Assembly: GCF_003072485.1 (NCBI RefSeq)
Contig: NZ_CP025989.1
Location: 180,001-212,000, forward strand
Direction of reading: 5' to 3'
Source: Candidatus Fokinia solitaria
GTDB taxonomy: Bacteria; Pseudomonadota; Alphaproteobacteria; Rickettsiales; Midichloriaceae
DNA length: 32,000 bases
Shown here: one piece after another, positions 19,459-29,456 of the stretch
Layout of the letters: every line of letters begins with the position of its first letter
How positions within the stretch are numbered: the stretch's first letter is position 1
Made by a program: the position numbers and the translations under genes
The notes under the pieces: generated by a model
Told to the model about the DNA's origin: nothing
The model's input: only the letters and a program-made list of their open reading frames with translations
The model's database searches: none

Positions 19459-21457
19459 TAAAATACTTGTAGCGAATAGAGGGGAGATAGCGTGTCGCAT
19501 AATACGTACTGCTAAGCGTATGGGTATTAAAACAGTTGCAGTCTATAGTGAGAGTGATTTCGATAGCATGCATGTATCAATGGCAGATCAAGCTGTATAT
19601 ATAGGCGCTTCTACAGCGCAGCTAAGTTATTTAAATGCAAAGAAGATATTGTATGCAGTGAAAAGCACAGGTGCAGATGCAGTCCATCCAGGATATGGCT
19701 TTTTGTCCGAGAATGCAGGATTTGCAGAGTTAATGCGAAAAAATGGCATAACATTTATAGGTCCTTCTTCGGAATCTATAAGAAAAATGGGAGATAAAGT
19801 ACTTGCAAAAAAGATAGCTGCAGAAACAGGAGTCAACATAGTGCCAGGTGGACAAGGGCAAGTAAAGAATTTGGAAAATGCATTAAAGATAGCGAAAAAA
19901 ATAGGCTATCCGGTAATGTTGAAAGCTGCTGCGGGAGGAGGGGGAAAAGGTATGAGAGTAGTCAGTACTCCTGAAAGTATGGAAATGGCTTTTGGCTCTA
20001 CCAAGAATGAAGCAAAGAATAACTTTGCAGATGAGAGAGTGTTTATAGAAAAATATATTAAAAATCCTAGACATATAGAAATTCAAGTAATTGGAGATAC
20101 GCATGGAAATTACGTATGTTTATATGAAAGAGAGTGCTCAATACAGAGAAGGCATCAGAAAATTATCGAAGAAGCGCCGAGTATTTTTGTAGATGAGAAA
20201 ATGAGAAAAAAGATGTATGGACAGTCTATAGCACTTGCTAAAAAAGTTGGATACTACTCGGCAGGAACTGTTGAGTTCATTGTAGATGAGAGGAAAAATT
20301 TCTATTTTATGGAGATGAATACTAGATTACAGGTAGAACATCCTGTCACAGAGTTGATCACCGGTGTAGATTTAGTGGAGTTGATGATAATTGTAGCAAG
20401 AGGTGAGAAACTGAACATTAAACAGAGTGATATAAAATGTAACGGATGGGCACTAGAGAGTAGAGTATATGCTGAAGATACTCTTTCCGGGTTTATTCCA
20501 TCTACTGGTAAAATACTAACTTACGTAAAGCCGGAGAAAAAGGATTGGTTAAGAATCGATGAAGGCGTCAGAGAAGGCAGTAGTGTCACTCCTTTTTACG
20601 ATCCTATGATCAGCAAGGTATGTGTATGGAGTGAAGATCGAGAGAGTGCAATAGAAAAGATGAGGATCGCGCTAAGCGAGTACGTAATCACGGGAGTGTC
20701 TCATAATATCAGCTCATTTCTACAAAAAGTGTTCTCTCATCCGAAGTTTATTACTGGCGAGATATCTACGAATTTCATAGATGATGAACTATTTATACAG
20801 GAAGATACTTTTTCTATAGAAGATGAGAGAAATGCTGTTTTATTAAGCGCTGCAAGCTATATATTTCTTACATACCATAAAAGAAATCTCGCAACTGCGT
20901 ATAGAAGAAAGCACGGAGATGTCACTTGGATTGGTACAAGATGGGTGATTTCCATGCGCAATCATCTGTATCCAGTAGTAGTGCATGAGATTCAAGATGG
21001 CTATAAGGTTTCCATAGAGAATCGTAGATTTGATATTTCCGCAAAATGGATGGTAGGTAGCCATTTGTTTCAATGTACCGTCAATGAAAAAGAGTATAGT
21101 TTACAGGTTATTTCTCATTATAATTCTTCTAGTGTTCAGCTGACTTTCATGGATTTTACTGTAGATACCAAGATATATACTCCGTATGCAGCGGAAATGC
21201 TAAAATATATGAAAGAGCCTAAGAGTGATGAAGATTCTGGCAATATTATCGCAAGTATCTCCGGTATTGTAACGAATATCTTGATTCAAGAAGGAGATGA
21301 TGTTGTGAAAGGGCAGCCTGTAATAGCTTTGGAAGCTATGAAAATGGAAAATGTGTTACATAGTGCAGTAGATGGATGTGTCACTTCAATTAATGTTGAG
21401 GTAGGTGATTCGGTTTCAGCTGGAGATATATTGGTAGAGTTAGAGAGTAAAAAGTGA
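19442..21457 (+). CDS. pccA: Acetyl/propionyl-CoA carboxylase alpha subunit (biotin carboxylase + biotin carboxyl carrier)
   Basis: 671 aa; [49 protein letters not shown], and C-terminal [15 protein letters not shown] biotinyl site. Confidence 0.94.
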   Translation: [671 protein letters not shown]

Positions 21458-21562
21458 TTTGAAGGACTTCCAGTATAGAGTAGTAGCTGTTACAGCTATG
21501 AAAGTGCATGCATATTTTATACATCGATAATAGCTACTAAAAAGAAGTTTTTTGATACACAA

Positions 21563-21847
21563 GTGCAGATGTATGAAAAAATATCAGAGATTAGCAATAG
21601 GATATGTGCTATCTTGTTTAAAAATATCACTGCTGCAGTTAACGATGATAGTGGAGAGCAGGTATGTTATATTGCTTCGATAGTGGAGATTCTTGGTAAG
21701 CTTTCTGCAGTTCAATGCAATTTCTATAAATCACTCTCTAATAATAAGGATTTCGCGCCAGAAAAAAGTGATTGTAATAATGAAATTAATTACGATGATA
21801 TTAAAATCTTAAAAGAATATTTAGAAAGATTAGAGAAGAATTCTTGA
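21563..21847 (+). CDS. Hypothetical protein between pccA and pccB
   Basis: 94 aa ORF, same strand and between two strong genes; helix-forming, acidic; no family recognised. Confidence 0.55.
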   Translation: MQMYEKISEISNRICAILFKNITAAVNDDSGEQVCYIASIVEILGKLSAVQCNFYKSLSNNKDFAPEKSDCNNEINYDDIKILKEYLERLEKNS

Positions 21848-22017
21848 GATTTCCGCGCATTATACATTTTATAAGTAAAAATTTCTAGACAATATTAAGA
21901 TAATATATTAAGATATTACTACAATATATCTTTTTATGTTAGAAAATTCAGTCGTACTATATAGAGAGATATATACTATTTCGTAGATGTTAATTATTTT
22001 TCTATATTTTTTATATC

Positions 22018-22794
22018 ATGTTTCTTTCTACTACTAAAACGCTTTCTTTTACACTTCATCACGATAGTAAACATTCTCCATGTAAAGCTTCGATCTTTGA
22101 GACACCTAGTCCTTATTTGAGAAATATAAATGAGAAGCTGTCTTCGATTTACTGTGATAGTTTATCGTATCGTGATTCTTCTATTAACGTGAAGCAACTT
22201 CAGCATTTACTGAGTAAGCATTACAATGAATTGAATGATTTTAGTGATGGTACAATATTCTCGCGTATTGTGTCTAACGTATATCAATCTCAATATTATG
22301 CGCATTTAAGAGGCACATTTGATTTCGCAATATTTGAAGCAAAAAATTTCGAATTTACTCAAAGTGGCGCTCTATCTAAGATAACCACTTTTGTGCAGGA
22401 TCTTTATAAAGAATCTCTGAGTAAAGAATTAAATGTTGCTGGCAACATGTTAGACGCATTAGGTGATAGTTATGGATTGTCTGCATTTAAAAATCCAAAG
22501 AGTACCGCACAGAAAGTACGTGATTCTGTTTCAGTATGTGATGCACAAGAGAAATCTACACTCTGTAATGCGCTTTCTGATGGTATGAAATCATTATCGA
22601 AATTACTTGATAATGCCGCTACTACGGGAAAAAGCCTTTATGGTAAGAATGATCCAATTCATAAAGTTATTATTGGAAATACGGTAAATATGATAGAAAA
22701 TCTCCATTTTTTGAGAGAAGAGGTTGTAAATGCAATCGAAGAAGAAGCACCAGTAATGCCAGAATTCTTATATATTACGGAAACGGAGATATAA
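22018..22794 (+). CDS. Hypothetical protein, predominantly helical
   Basis: 258 aa ORF filling the space between pccA and pccB; no recognisable motif. Confidence 0.75.
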   Translation: MFLSTTKTLSFTLHHDSKHSPCKASIFETPSPYLRNINEKLSSIYCDSLSYRDSSINVKQLQHLLSKHYNELNDFSDGTIFSRIVSNVYQSQYYAHLRGTFDFAIFEAKNFEFTQSGALSKITTFVQDLYKESLSKELNVAGNMLDALGDSYGLSAFKNPKSTAQKVRDSVSVCDAQEKSTLCNALSDGMKSLSKLLDNAATTGKSLYGKNDPIHKVIIGNTVNMIENLHFLREEVVNAIEEEAPVMPEFLYITETEI

Positions 22795-22886
22795 TATAGA
22801 AAAGCACTATGCAATTGCAGCTAAAACATTTGTTTAAAAGTTCAAAATGCTGTATAAACAGCTACATAAGGTAAATATAGGCGCGC

Positions 22887-24395
22887 ATGATAGATAAATT
22901 TATCGGTATCTCGAAAGCAGAGTCAGTAGCTGCAGAAAAACAGCATGTTAGAGGTAAGTTGAGTGCAAGAGAGAGAATACAAGTCCTTTTAGATCATAAT
23001 TCTTTTGAAGAAGTAGATGCATTTGTACATCATAGATGTAATAACTTCGATATGCAGAATTCAGTCACGCTTGGTGACGGTGTAGTAACAGGATGGGGAA
23101 CTGTTAACGGCAGAAATGTAGTCGTATGTAGTCAAGATTTTACTGTGATGGGTGGATCGTTAGGCGAAATGCAAGCGAAAAAGATCAATAAAATGCAAGA
23201 TTTAGCGGTAAAAATAGGCTGTCCTCTCGTATTTATCAATGATTCCGGTGGTGCAAGAATTCAAGAAGGAGTAGATTCTTTAGCGGGATATGGAGAGATC
23301 TTTCTTCGTAATGTCAAAGCTTCCGGAGTAATTCCTCAGATTTCCGTTATAATGGGGCCATGTGCTGGTGGCGCTGTTTACTCTCCCGCGCTAACAGATT
23401 TTATATTTATGGTAGAGCAGACATCGTACATGTATCTCACTGGACCTGATGTAGTGAGAAGTGTAACTAATGAAGATGTTACTCATGAGAAGCTTGGTGG
23501 TTCCAAGATACATACAATGACGAGTGGTGTCGCGGATTGTAGATTTGAAAATGATATTGAGGCTTTGAAGCAAACTAAAAGGTTATTAGATTTCCTACCT
23601 TCAAGTTATAATTCGAATATGCCAATTCGTAGTACTACAGATCCGATAGATAGACCAATAATGGCCTTAAATAAGATTATTCCGGAGAGTTCATCACGTT
23701 CATATGATATGAAGCATATAATTGAAAAAATAGTAGATGAAGGAGATTTTTTTGAAATAAAGAAGGATTTTGCAAAGAACATAATAGTAGGATTTGGCCG
23801 TTTTGACGGTAGAACGGTAGGTATAGTAGCTAATCAACCAACTCAAATAGCAGGGTGTTTAGACGTTAATGCTTCTTTGAAAGCTGCAAGATTTGTGAGA
23901 TTCTGTGATGCTATGAATATTCCAATTCTAACATTAGTGGATGTGCCAGGTTTTTTACCTGGAGTAAAGCAAGAATATTCCGGTATTATAATGCATGGTG
24001 CAAAGCTTCTCTTTGCGTATGCTGAAGCAACAGTGCCTAAAGTAACTTTGATAGTAAGAAAAGCTTATGGTGGTGCATACATAGTGATGAGTTCTAAACA
24101 CTTAGCAGGAGATATAAATTACTCTTGGTGCAATACGGAGATTGCTGTAATGGGCGCGAAGGGTGCTGTATCGGTGTTGTATAAGAAGCATAATCTTTCT
24201 GAAAAAGATGCAAATCAGAAAATACTTGAGTATCAGCAAGCGTTCGCTTCTCCTGAAATAGCAGCTTCAAGAGGTTTTTTAGATGATGTGATAGAGCCTT
24301 ATAAAACTCGCTCTAAAATATGTAATGCTTTCGCTATGTTGAGTGATAAAAAAGTGCAACAAATAGATAAAAAACATAGCAATATGCCATTATAA
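22887..24395 (+). CDS. pccB: Propionyl-CoA carboxylase beta subunit (carboxyltransferase)
   Basis: 502 aa; [77 protein letters not shown]. Confidence 0.95.
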   Translation: MIDKFIGISKAESVAAEKQHVRGKLSARERIQVLLDHNSFEEVDAFVHHRCNNFDMQNSVTLGDGVVTGWGTVNGRNVVVCSQDFTVMGGSLGEMQAKKINKMQDLAVKIGCPLVFINDSGGARIQEGVDSLAGYGEIFLRNVKASGVIPQISVIMGPCAGGAVYSPALTDFIFMVEQTSYMYLTGPDVVRSVTNEDVTHEKLGGSKIHTMTSGVADCRFENDIEALKQTKRLLDFLPSSYNSNMPIRSTTDPIDRPIMALNKIIPESSSRSYDMKHIIEKIVDEGDFFEIKKDFAKNIIVGFGRFDGRTVGIVANQPTQIAGCLDVNASLKAARFVRFCDAMNIPILTLVDVPGFLPGVKQEYSGIIMHGAKLLFAYAEATVPKVTLIVRKAYGGAYIVMSSKHLAGDINYSWCNTEIAVMGAKGAVSVLYKKHNLSEKDANQKILEYQQAFASPEIAASRGFLDDVIEPYKTRSKICNAFAMLSDKKVQQIDKKHSNMPL

Positions 24396-24572
24396 AATAC
24401 TTTTCTAAACTAAAAGTATAAGCAAAATCTTCAAAGAGAGAAGTGTATCGTCGTTATAAGTAGCAAAGTCCATAAGAAAATTGCTTTTTTCAATAAATTG
24501 TATTGCTTTTTCTGTTTAGCACTAAAAGAATCTATACAATGTATTTCTGTATAGATAATAAATTACGTAATA

Positions 24573-25316
24573 ATGTATTTTGGAAAAAAAGGTGCTATAG
24601 CTTATTTTTGCGTACTAGCTTTGTTATTACCACTCTCTTCATCGGCTATACAGTATGATAATTCTCTTACAATAGATAGGAGGATTCAGAAATTCGTCTA
24701 CAGTCCGAATCAAGTTTTTCCTCTCGTTCTATCTCAAGGATATCAAACTAGTATAGAATTTGGAGAAGGAGAGATACTACAAACTTACTCATTAGGTAAT
24801 AGCTATGCATGGCAACTCTCCGTTGTTGGTAATACTCTGTTTATAAAGCCGATAGAAGATGATGTTACGACAAATATGACAGTTATTACTAATAAGAGAA
24901 AATACTATTTCGAAATTGAAACTCGTAATTTTGCCAATCAATTGGATGATAGTTTTGCATATGTAATTAGATTCTTTTATCCAGATACAAATCAAAATGA
25001 TGATAAAAAACTTCTTACTAAGCAGATTGAGCAATCAGAAGAGCCTGTGAAAGAGATTGTGCCTTATAACTTCAATTATCTAATGGTAAGAGGAAATAAA
25101 AATGCTTATCCTTCCACTGTTTTTGATGACTCTAATAGTACGTACTTTCAATATAAAGCTTCAACTCAAACTCCTAAAATTTTCCTATTAAATGGACAAG
25201 AATTGAAGCCTTTAACAGTGCAAAAGGTGAAAAATTATTACGTTGTAAATACAGTGGCAAAGAATTTCTTTGTCAAGATTGGTGATGAAGCGGTAGTCAT
25301 TCAAAATCTTCGTTAA
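24573..25316 (+). CDS. virB9: Type IV secretion protein VirB9 (copy 1)
   Basis: 247 aa with signal peptide; LFIKPIEDDVTTNMTVITNKRKYYFEI, YNFNYLM, VFDDSNSTYFQYKASTQTPKIFLLNGQELKPLTVQKVKNYYVVNTVAKNFFVKIGDEAVVIQN. Confidence 0.88.
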   Translation: MYFGKKGAIAYFCVLALLLPLSSSAIQYDNSLTIDRRIQKFVYSPNQVFPLVLSQGYQTSIEFGEGEILQTYSLGNSYAWQLSVVGNTLFIKPIEDDVTTNMTVITNKRKYYFEIETRNFANQLDDSFAYVIRFFYPDTNQNDDKKLLTKQIEQSEEPVKEIVPYNFNYLMVRGNKNAYPSTVFDDSNSTYFQYKASTQTPKIFLLNGQELKPLTVQKVKNYYVVNTVAKNFFVKIGDEAVVIQNLR

Positions 25317-25322
25317 AAGCAT

Positions 25323-26603
25323 ATGAAAAATAATACGCAAAACGAGAAAACAACTAAATCTCAAAATGTTGCAGAGGATAAAAAAGATAACAAGCAGCAA
25401 GTAGTGAAGAACTCATTAAATAACACTGTTCTTGCGAAATTTCTCAACCTTCCTCTCTCTCATCAGATTGTAGTTGGATGTATCATAGTTCTTCTTGTGA
25501 TCATTCTTTATTCGCTATTTTTTAGAACTAAAGAAAAGCCTAAAGCGCCAGTGGTAGATGCCGCGGTATTGCAAGCAGAAGTTATCACTTTACCTGAGCA
25601 ACCAGCGCCTCAAAGTGTCGCACCTACGCTTGCGCAATTAGAACCTCCAAAAGTCTCTGTGCCGTTACCTCCAGTTGCAGCTATAGTATCAAGTAATGAA
25701 GAATCTCAAGATAATGCGCCAGAATCTGTAAAAGTGCAGCATAATAATGAAAATGAATTGCAAAGTATGCCGGTTACACAAAATGCTGAAGCAGTAGGTA
25801 AGGCTATAAAGGGAACAAAAGATATTTCGAAGCTTCTTGGAGAGAATATGATAGTATTTGGAGGAAGCAGTAAAACACAAGATAAGAACTCTAATAATCA
25901 GCAATTTCTTGGTTTTGATGGAGGAGTAATAGATAAGGTCAAAATGAAGCCTTCCGATTCTCCAAAAACAATGGCAATGAAATTGTCAGATTTAGATAGA
26001 ACTCTGTTACAAGGAAAAATTATTGAAGGAGTATTAGAGAATGCGATCAGTACTGCACTTTCAGATCCAGGCATTATAAGAGCAGTCATTTCTAGAGATG
26101 TATATTCTGAAAATGGTAGAAATGTTTTAATACCGAAAGGATCAAGAGTAGTAGGAACTTATTCAGCGCAAGGTACCGCAGGGCAGGTTACAGTTGCGGT
26201 GATATGGAATAGATTGATTACACCTACTGGTATCGATATTAAGATAGATGCGAAATCTAGCGATAAATTAGGGCGTTTAGGTGTACAAGGATATATGGAT
26301 GATCATTGGGCAGGGCAGCTAGCAAGTGCGTTTTTATTATCTTTCATAGTGCCTATCATAACGTATAAGATGACAGATCAAAGTGATTCTGAAGTTGTAT
26401 CGAATAGTGGAGGTAACAATAATGGAGTCACAACAACCACTACTGCACTTTCTCAAGCACTTTCTCAAGCTTCTAGTTCATTTCAAAGCGTCGCAAACAA
26501 TGTTGTTAATAATCGATTTCCACAGCAGATTATCATGAAAGTCGATCAAGGTGCAGCTATTAATATATTTGTATCCAAAGATATGTACTTTGGAGATGAG
26601 TAG
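25323..26603 (+). CDS. virB10: Type IV secretion protein VirB10
   Basis: 426 aa; N-terminal cytoplasmic tail, single TM, Pro-rich linker, RNVLIPKGSRVVGTYSAQGTAGQVTVAVIWNRLITPTGIDIKIDA, C-terminal INIFVSKDMYF. Confidence 0.93.
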   Translation: MKNNTQNEKTTKSQNVAEDKKDNKQQVVKNSLNNTVLAKFLNLPLSHQIVVGCIIVLLVIILYSLFFRTKEKPKAPVVDAAVLQAEVITLPEQPAPQSVAPTLAQLEPPKVSVPLPPVAAIVSSNEESQDNAPESVKVQHNNENELQSMPVTQNAEAVGKAIKGTKDISKLLGENMIVFGGSSKTQDKNSNNQQFLGFDGGVIDKVKMKPSDSPKTMAMKLSDLDRTLLQGKIIEGVLENAISTALSDPGIIRAVISRDVYSENGRNVLIPKGSRVVGTYSAQGTAGQVTVAVIWNRLITPTGIDIKIDAKSSDKLGRLGVQGYMDDHWAGQLASAFLLSFIVPIITYKMTDQSDSEVVSNSGGNNNGVTTTTTALSQALSQASSSFQSVANNVVNNRFPQQIIMKVDQGAAINIFVSKDMYFGDE

Positions 26604-26660
26604 TAATAAATACTTGGTGGATAGAGTGTATTGCGTTTAAAGTGGTTAGAGGTATAATTT

Positions 26661-26984
26661 TTGTATTATAGTATTTGTGCTGTACTTATGCATAAGAGTG
26701 ACGCTGTAGATAAAGTGAAGCATATGCTTTCTTCAGGAGTGCTAAAAGGAATAAGCGCTGATGTGTTAGAGCTGGATGATATTGTATCAGAGCCTGATAT
26801 CGAGGTGCAGAACTCTAATTATAGATCGGTTATTTTATATGAGATGAAGCTTAAGAAATTACTTTCTTTGCTGAAAGAAGTATTATCTATCACTTCTGCT
26901 TCTAAATTAACAAAGCATAATGTAAAGCATATTAAGGAAGTAGTAACGCAATGCACTAAAGAGATTCAAGCTACTCTTAAGTAA
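26661..26984 (+). CDS. Hypothetical protein downstream of virB10
   Basis: 107 aa ORF on the same strand 57 nt after virB10; no recognised family. Confidence 0.5.
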   Translation: MYYSICAVLMHKSDAVDKVKHMLSSGVLKGISADVLELDDIVSEPDIEVQNSNYRSVILYEMKLKKLLSLLKEVLSITSASKLTKHNVKHIKEVVTQCTKEIQATLK

Positions 26985-27043
26985 GGGATGGCTGTGACGG
27001 AAGGGCGTTTACTTTTTATTATGTCGTGTGAAATTGACCTATC

Positions 27044-27823
27044 TTAGGAGGTGTGGCTTTTTTCGCTAACAGATATGATTTGTCTTGCAGATAGAGAACT
27101 GGTATTGCCATGGAGTCTTGTAATCTGCGATTTTGCACGTTGTAGTAGTACTGATAATTCGGTATCTTGTTTCTCTTCTAAGATCTGTAATAGAGAGGTA
27201 TCTACGTTTCTATGATGAAGGCGAGATTTTCTCAAATTTGCGTTAATTTCTATGATAAAAAATCGGTATAACACGTTTTGTAATTCATTTAGTAAAGTAT
27301 CGAGTTTTACGAGAGGATGTTCGAGATACAATGTAGTACGATGAAGTGAAAATTCTTGATGAAGATAGTGTAACGCTAGACGTAGCGTAATAGGATATAT
27401 CATATCTTCTAGTTGCTGAAGCAAGAATGGTTTGTCTAGAATAGCAGTAGTAAGTTTCTTCTTATCGATAATAGGCGGAAGTGGTGCATTTCTTTGCGTA
27501 AGTGCTTTTAGAGTTGCAAGTCTTTTTGTGAGATTGATTGATTGACCATGCTGTTTTTGTAATATGAAATCGTTGATATTTTCATCAGGGAATCGCTTCC
27601 ATGCTTCAAATATTGACTGATATACGTGAGATATCTGAATGTTATCACTTATAAGTACAGCCTGATCGCCGCAAAATGCAAGTACTTCTTCAACTAATAA
27701 AACTTGTAATACGATGTTCGAAAGCTCATCCATAGAATAACAGACGCCGCCTAAATCTCTAATAGACGATAGTATGGTACTCTTACCGCTACCAATTTTA
27801 CCTGTAATAACAGAAAGCTTCAT
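27044..27823 (-). CDS. coaE: Divergent dephospho-CoA kinase
   Basis: 259 aa; ITGKIGSGKSTILSSIRDLGG Walker A; KKLTTAILDKPFLLQQLEDMIYPI resembles the CoaE lid/HP region. Internal insertion and divergent C-terminus. Confidence 0.65.
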   Translation of the reverse strand: MKLSVITGKIGSGKSTILSSIRDLGGVCYSMDELSNIVLQVLLVEEVLAFCGDQAVLISDNIQISHVYQSIFEAWKRFPDENINDFILQKQHGQSINLTKRLATLKALTQRNAPLPPIIDKKKLTTAILDKPFLLQQLEDMIYPITLRLALHYLHQEFSLHRTTLYLEHPLVKLDTLLNELQNVLYRFFIIEINANLRKSRLHHRNVDTSLLQILEEKQDTELSVLLQRAKSQITRLHGNTSSLSARQIISVSEKSHTS

Positions 27824-27885
27824 AAGGTACTACAGAAACAAGCAAATCAAGAACTACAATGCGTAGTTCAAAAAAGCTATAGCGC

Positions 27886-28068
27886 TTAACTTACCTTCTT
27901 TTTACAAATACTGGTAATCATAGTTTTTACTCTAGCGATGTCGCGTCTGACGAACTTATAGCCAGCAACATTCTTTGATAAACGCTTTGCTAGAAGTGTA
28001 CCTCTCAGTTCTAGTTCTATCTTCTTCAACTCTTCTAGAGTTTTACCATGTAGCTCGCTGAATTTCAT
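27886..28068 (-). CDS. rpmC: 50S ribosomal protein L29 (uL29)
   Basis: 60 aa; ELHGKTLEELKKIELELRGTLLAKRL...VRRDIARVKTMI; directly after rplP. Confidence 0.9.
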   Translation of the reverse strand: MKFSELHGKTLEELKKIELELRGTLLAKRLSKNVAGYKFVRRDIARVKTMITSICKKKVS

Positions 28069-28078
28069 ATAAATAATA

Positions 28079-28498
28079 TTAATTTACATTAAACATATGC
28101 TTGACAAATTTTGTCTTGATAGGCAGTCTTGCTTCTGCAGAGCTGAAGGCTGCCCGTGCCTGTTGTTCAGTAACTCCATCGAGTTCGAACAATACCTTAC
28201 CTGGCTTGACTCGACAGACCCAGTACTCTACACCACCTTTACCGCCGCCCATTCTTACCTCAGCTGGCTTCTTTGATACCGGAATATCAGGAAATATTCT
28301 TATCCATAACTTTCCAGCACGTTCAAGCTTCTTGTTTATTGCTACCCTTGCAGCTTCAATCTGTCTTGCTGTTATGCGCTCCGGTTCAAGCGCTTTCAAT
28401 CCGTACGAGCCAAAAGAAAGCTCAGTGCCGCTTGAAGCTGCACCTTTGATTTTTCCTTTAAATGCTTTACGAAATTTCGTTTTTTTAGGCGAAAACAT
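28079..28498 (-). CDS. rplP: 50S ribosomal protein L16 (uL16)
   Basis: 139 aa; [78 protein letters not shown]. Confidence 0.97.
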   Translation of the reverse strand: MFSPKKTKFRKAFKGKIKGAASSGTELSFGSYGLKALEPERITARQIEAARVAINKKLERAGKLWIRIFPDIPVSKKPAEVRMGGGKGGVEYWVCRVKPGKVLFELDGVTEQQARAAFSSAEARLPIKTKFVKHMFNVN

Positions 28499-28577
28499 AT
28501 CTAAAAAAAAACACTACGAGTCTGATAATACGGGAAAAATTTTTGCAGTCAATCATCTTATGGCGTAATTAAAGCGT

Positions 28578-29405
28578 CTAACTCATGTTTGTGATATTCA
28601 TAATTTCCTTAAAGGTATCGCTTTGTCTATAGTATCCATCGTTAAAAACACATATTACATCTTTTCCGTTTCTCAACGTAAATCTATTTGCCACTCTTTC
28701 CACAACGACGTATCCATAACTGATTCTGTAATTTACCATAGCTTCTTCTAATTTATCATTTACTGCAAATATCGCAGGTATAGAACCATTCATTTCTTTA
28801 AATCTGAAATAAGTAAAATATCCATCGTCAAATATCAGTACTGGTTCTATCGACATTGCAATACCGCTTATCTGATATCTAAAGTTATAAAGAGAAGGTT
28901 TACTCAAATCCGGCGGGGTATCTACGCGCTGATGCATTGCGCCCGTTGTACTAGAAGATGCATTTGACGGAAAATCTGTTATAAGCTGCGCATAAACAAA
29001 CTTTGTTACAAACGCTATATTAGGATCATCTACTCCTTTAGCTTCTTCGGCATGCATTTCGAAAAAGTACATCCTCATATTGGTGATTACAGTCATGTTC
29101 GTTTCTGCATTATCATTAATAGGTTTGAGAAATATCCTATTACCTTCAGGATGTAACTGCCATCCACTTGAAATCCCCATCAATATAGTTTCGATTTTCT
29201 CATCAGGTGCAAATTCTATGATTGAATTATACAAGTAATGACCTACGAACTTTATTACAGAGTTCGGTTTATAGTGTATAAGCTTTATGCGCCCGTCTTT
29301 ATTAAGAGGCATTGGAGTGATATTTGCAGCGCTTGAGTACGAAAGTGAAAAAGCACTACATACTACTAATAGTGCAATAGTTTTCAGAAATTTCATGAGC
29401 TTCAC
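28578..29405 (-). CDS. virB9: Type IV secretion protein VirB9 (copy 2, divergent)
   Basis: 275 aa with signal peptide; NRIFLKPINDNAETNMTVITNMRMYFFEM parallels copy 1; LYNFRYQI, VLIFDDGYFTYFRF, YVVVERVANRFTLRNGKDVICVFN. Confidence 0.88.
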   Translation of the reverse strand: MKLMKFLKTIALLVVCSAFSLSYSSAANITPMPLNKDGRIKLIHYKPNSVIKFVGHYLYNSIIEFAPDEKIETILMGISSGWQLHPEGNRIFLKPINDNAETNMTVITNMRMYFFEMHAEEAKGVDDPNIAFVTKFVYAQLITDFPSNASSSTTGAMHQRVDTPPDLSKPSLYNFRYQISGIAMSIEPVLIFDDGYFTYFRFKEMNGSIPAIFAVNDKLEEAMVNYRISYGYVVVERVANRFTLRNGKDVICVFNDGYYRQSDTFKEIMNITNMS

Positions 29406-29456
29406 TAAGCTTGATTATATTGCGAGTATGATAAAGCCATATTATTACATTATCAA

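Noticed and set aside
28101-28568. 155 aa plus-strand ORF
   Set aside because: Fully antisense to rplP, a strongly supported ribosomal gene; shadow ORF.
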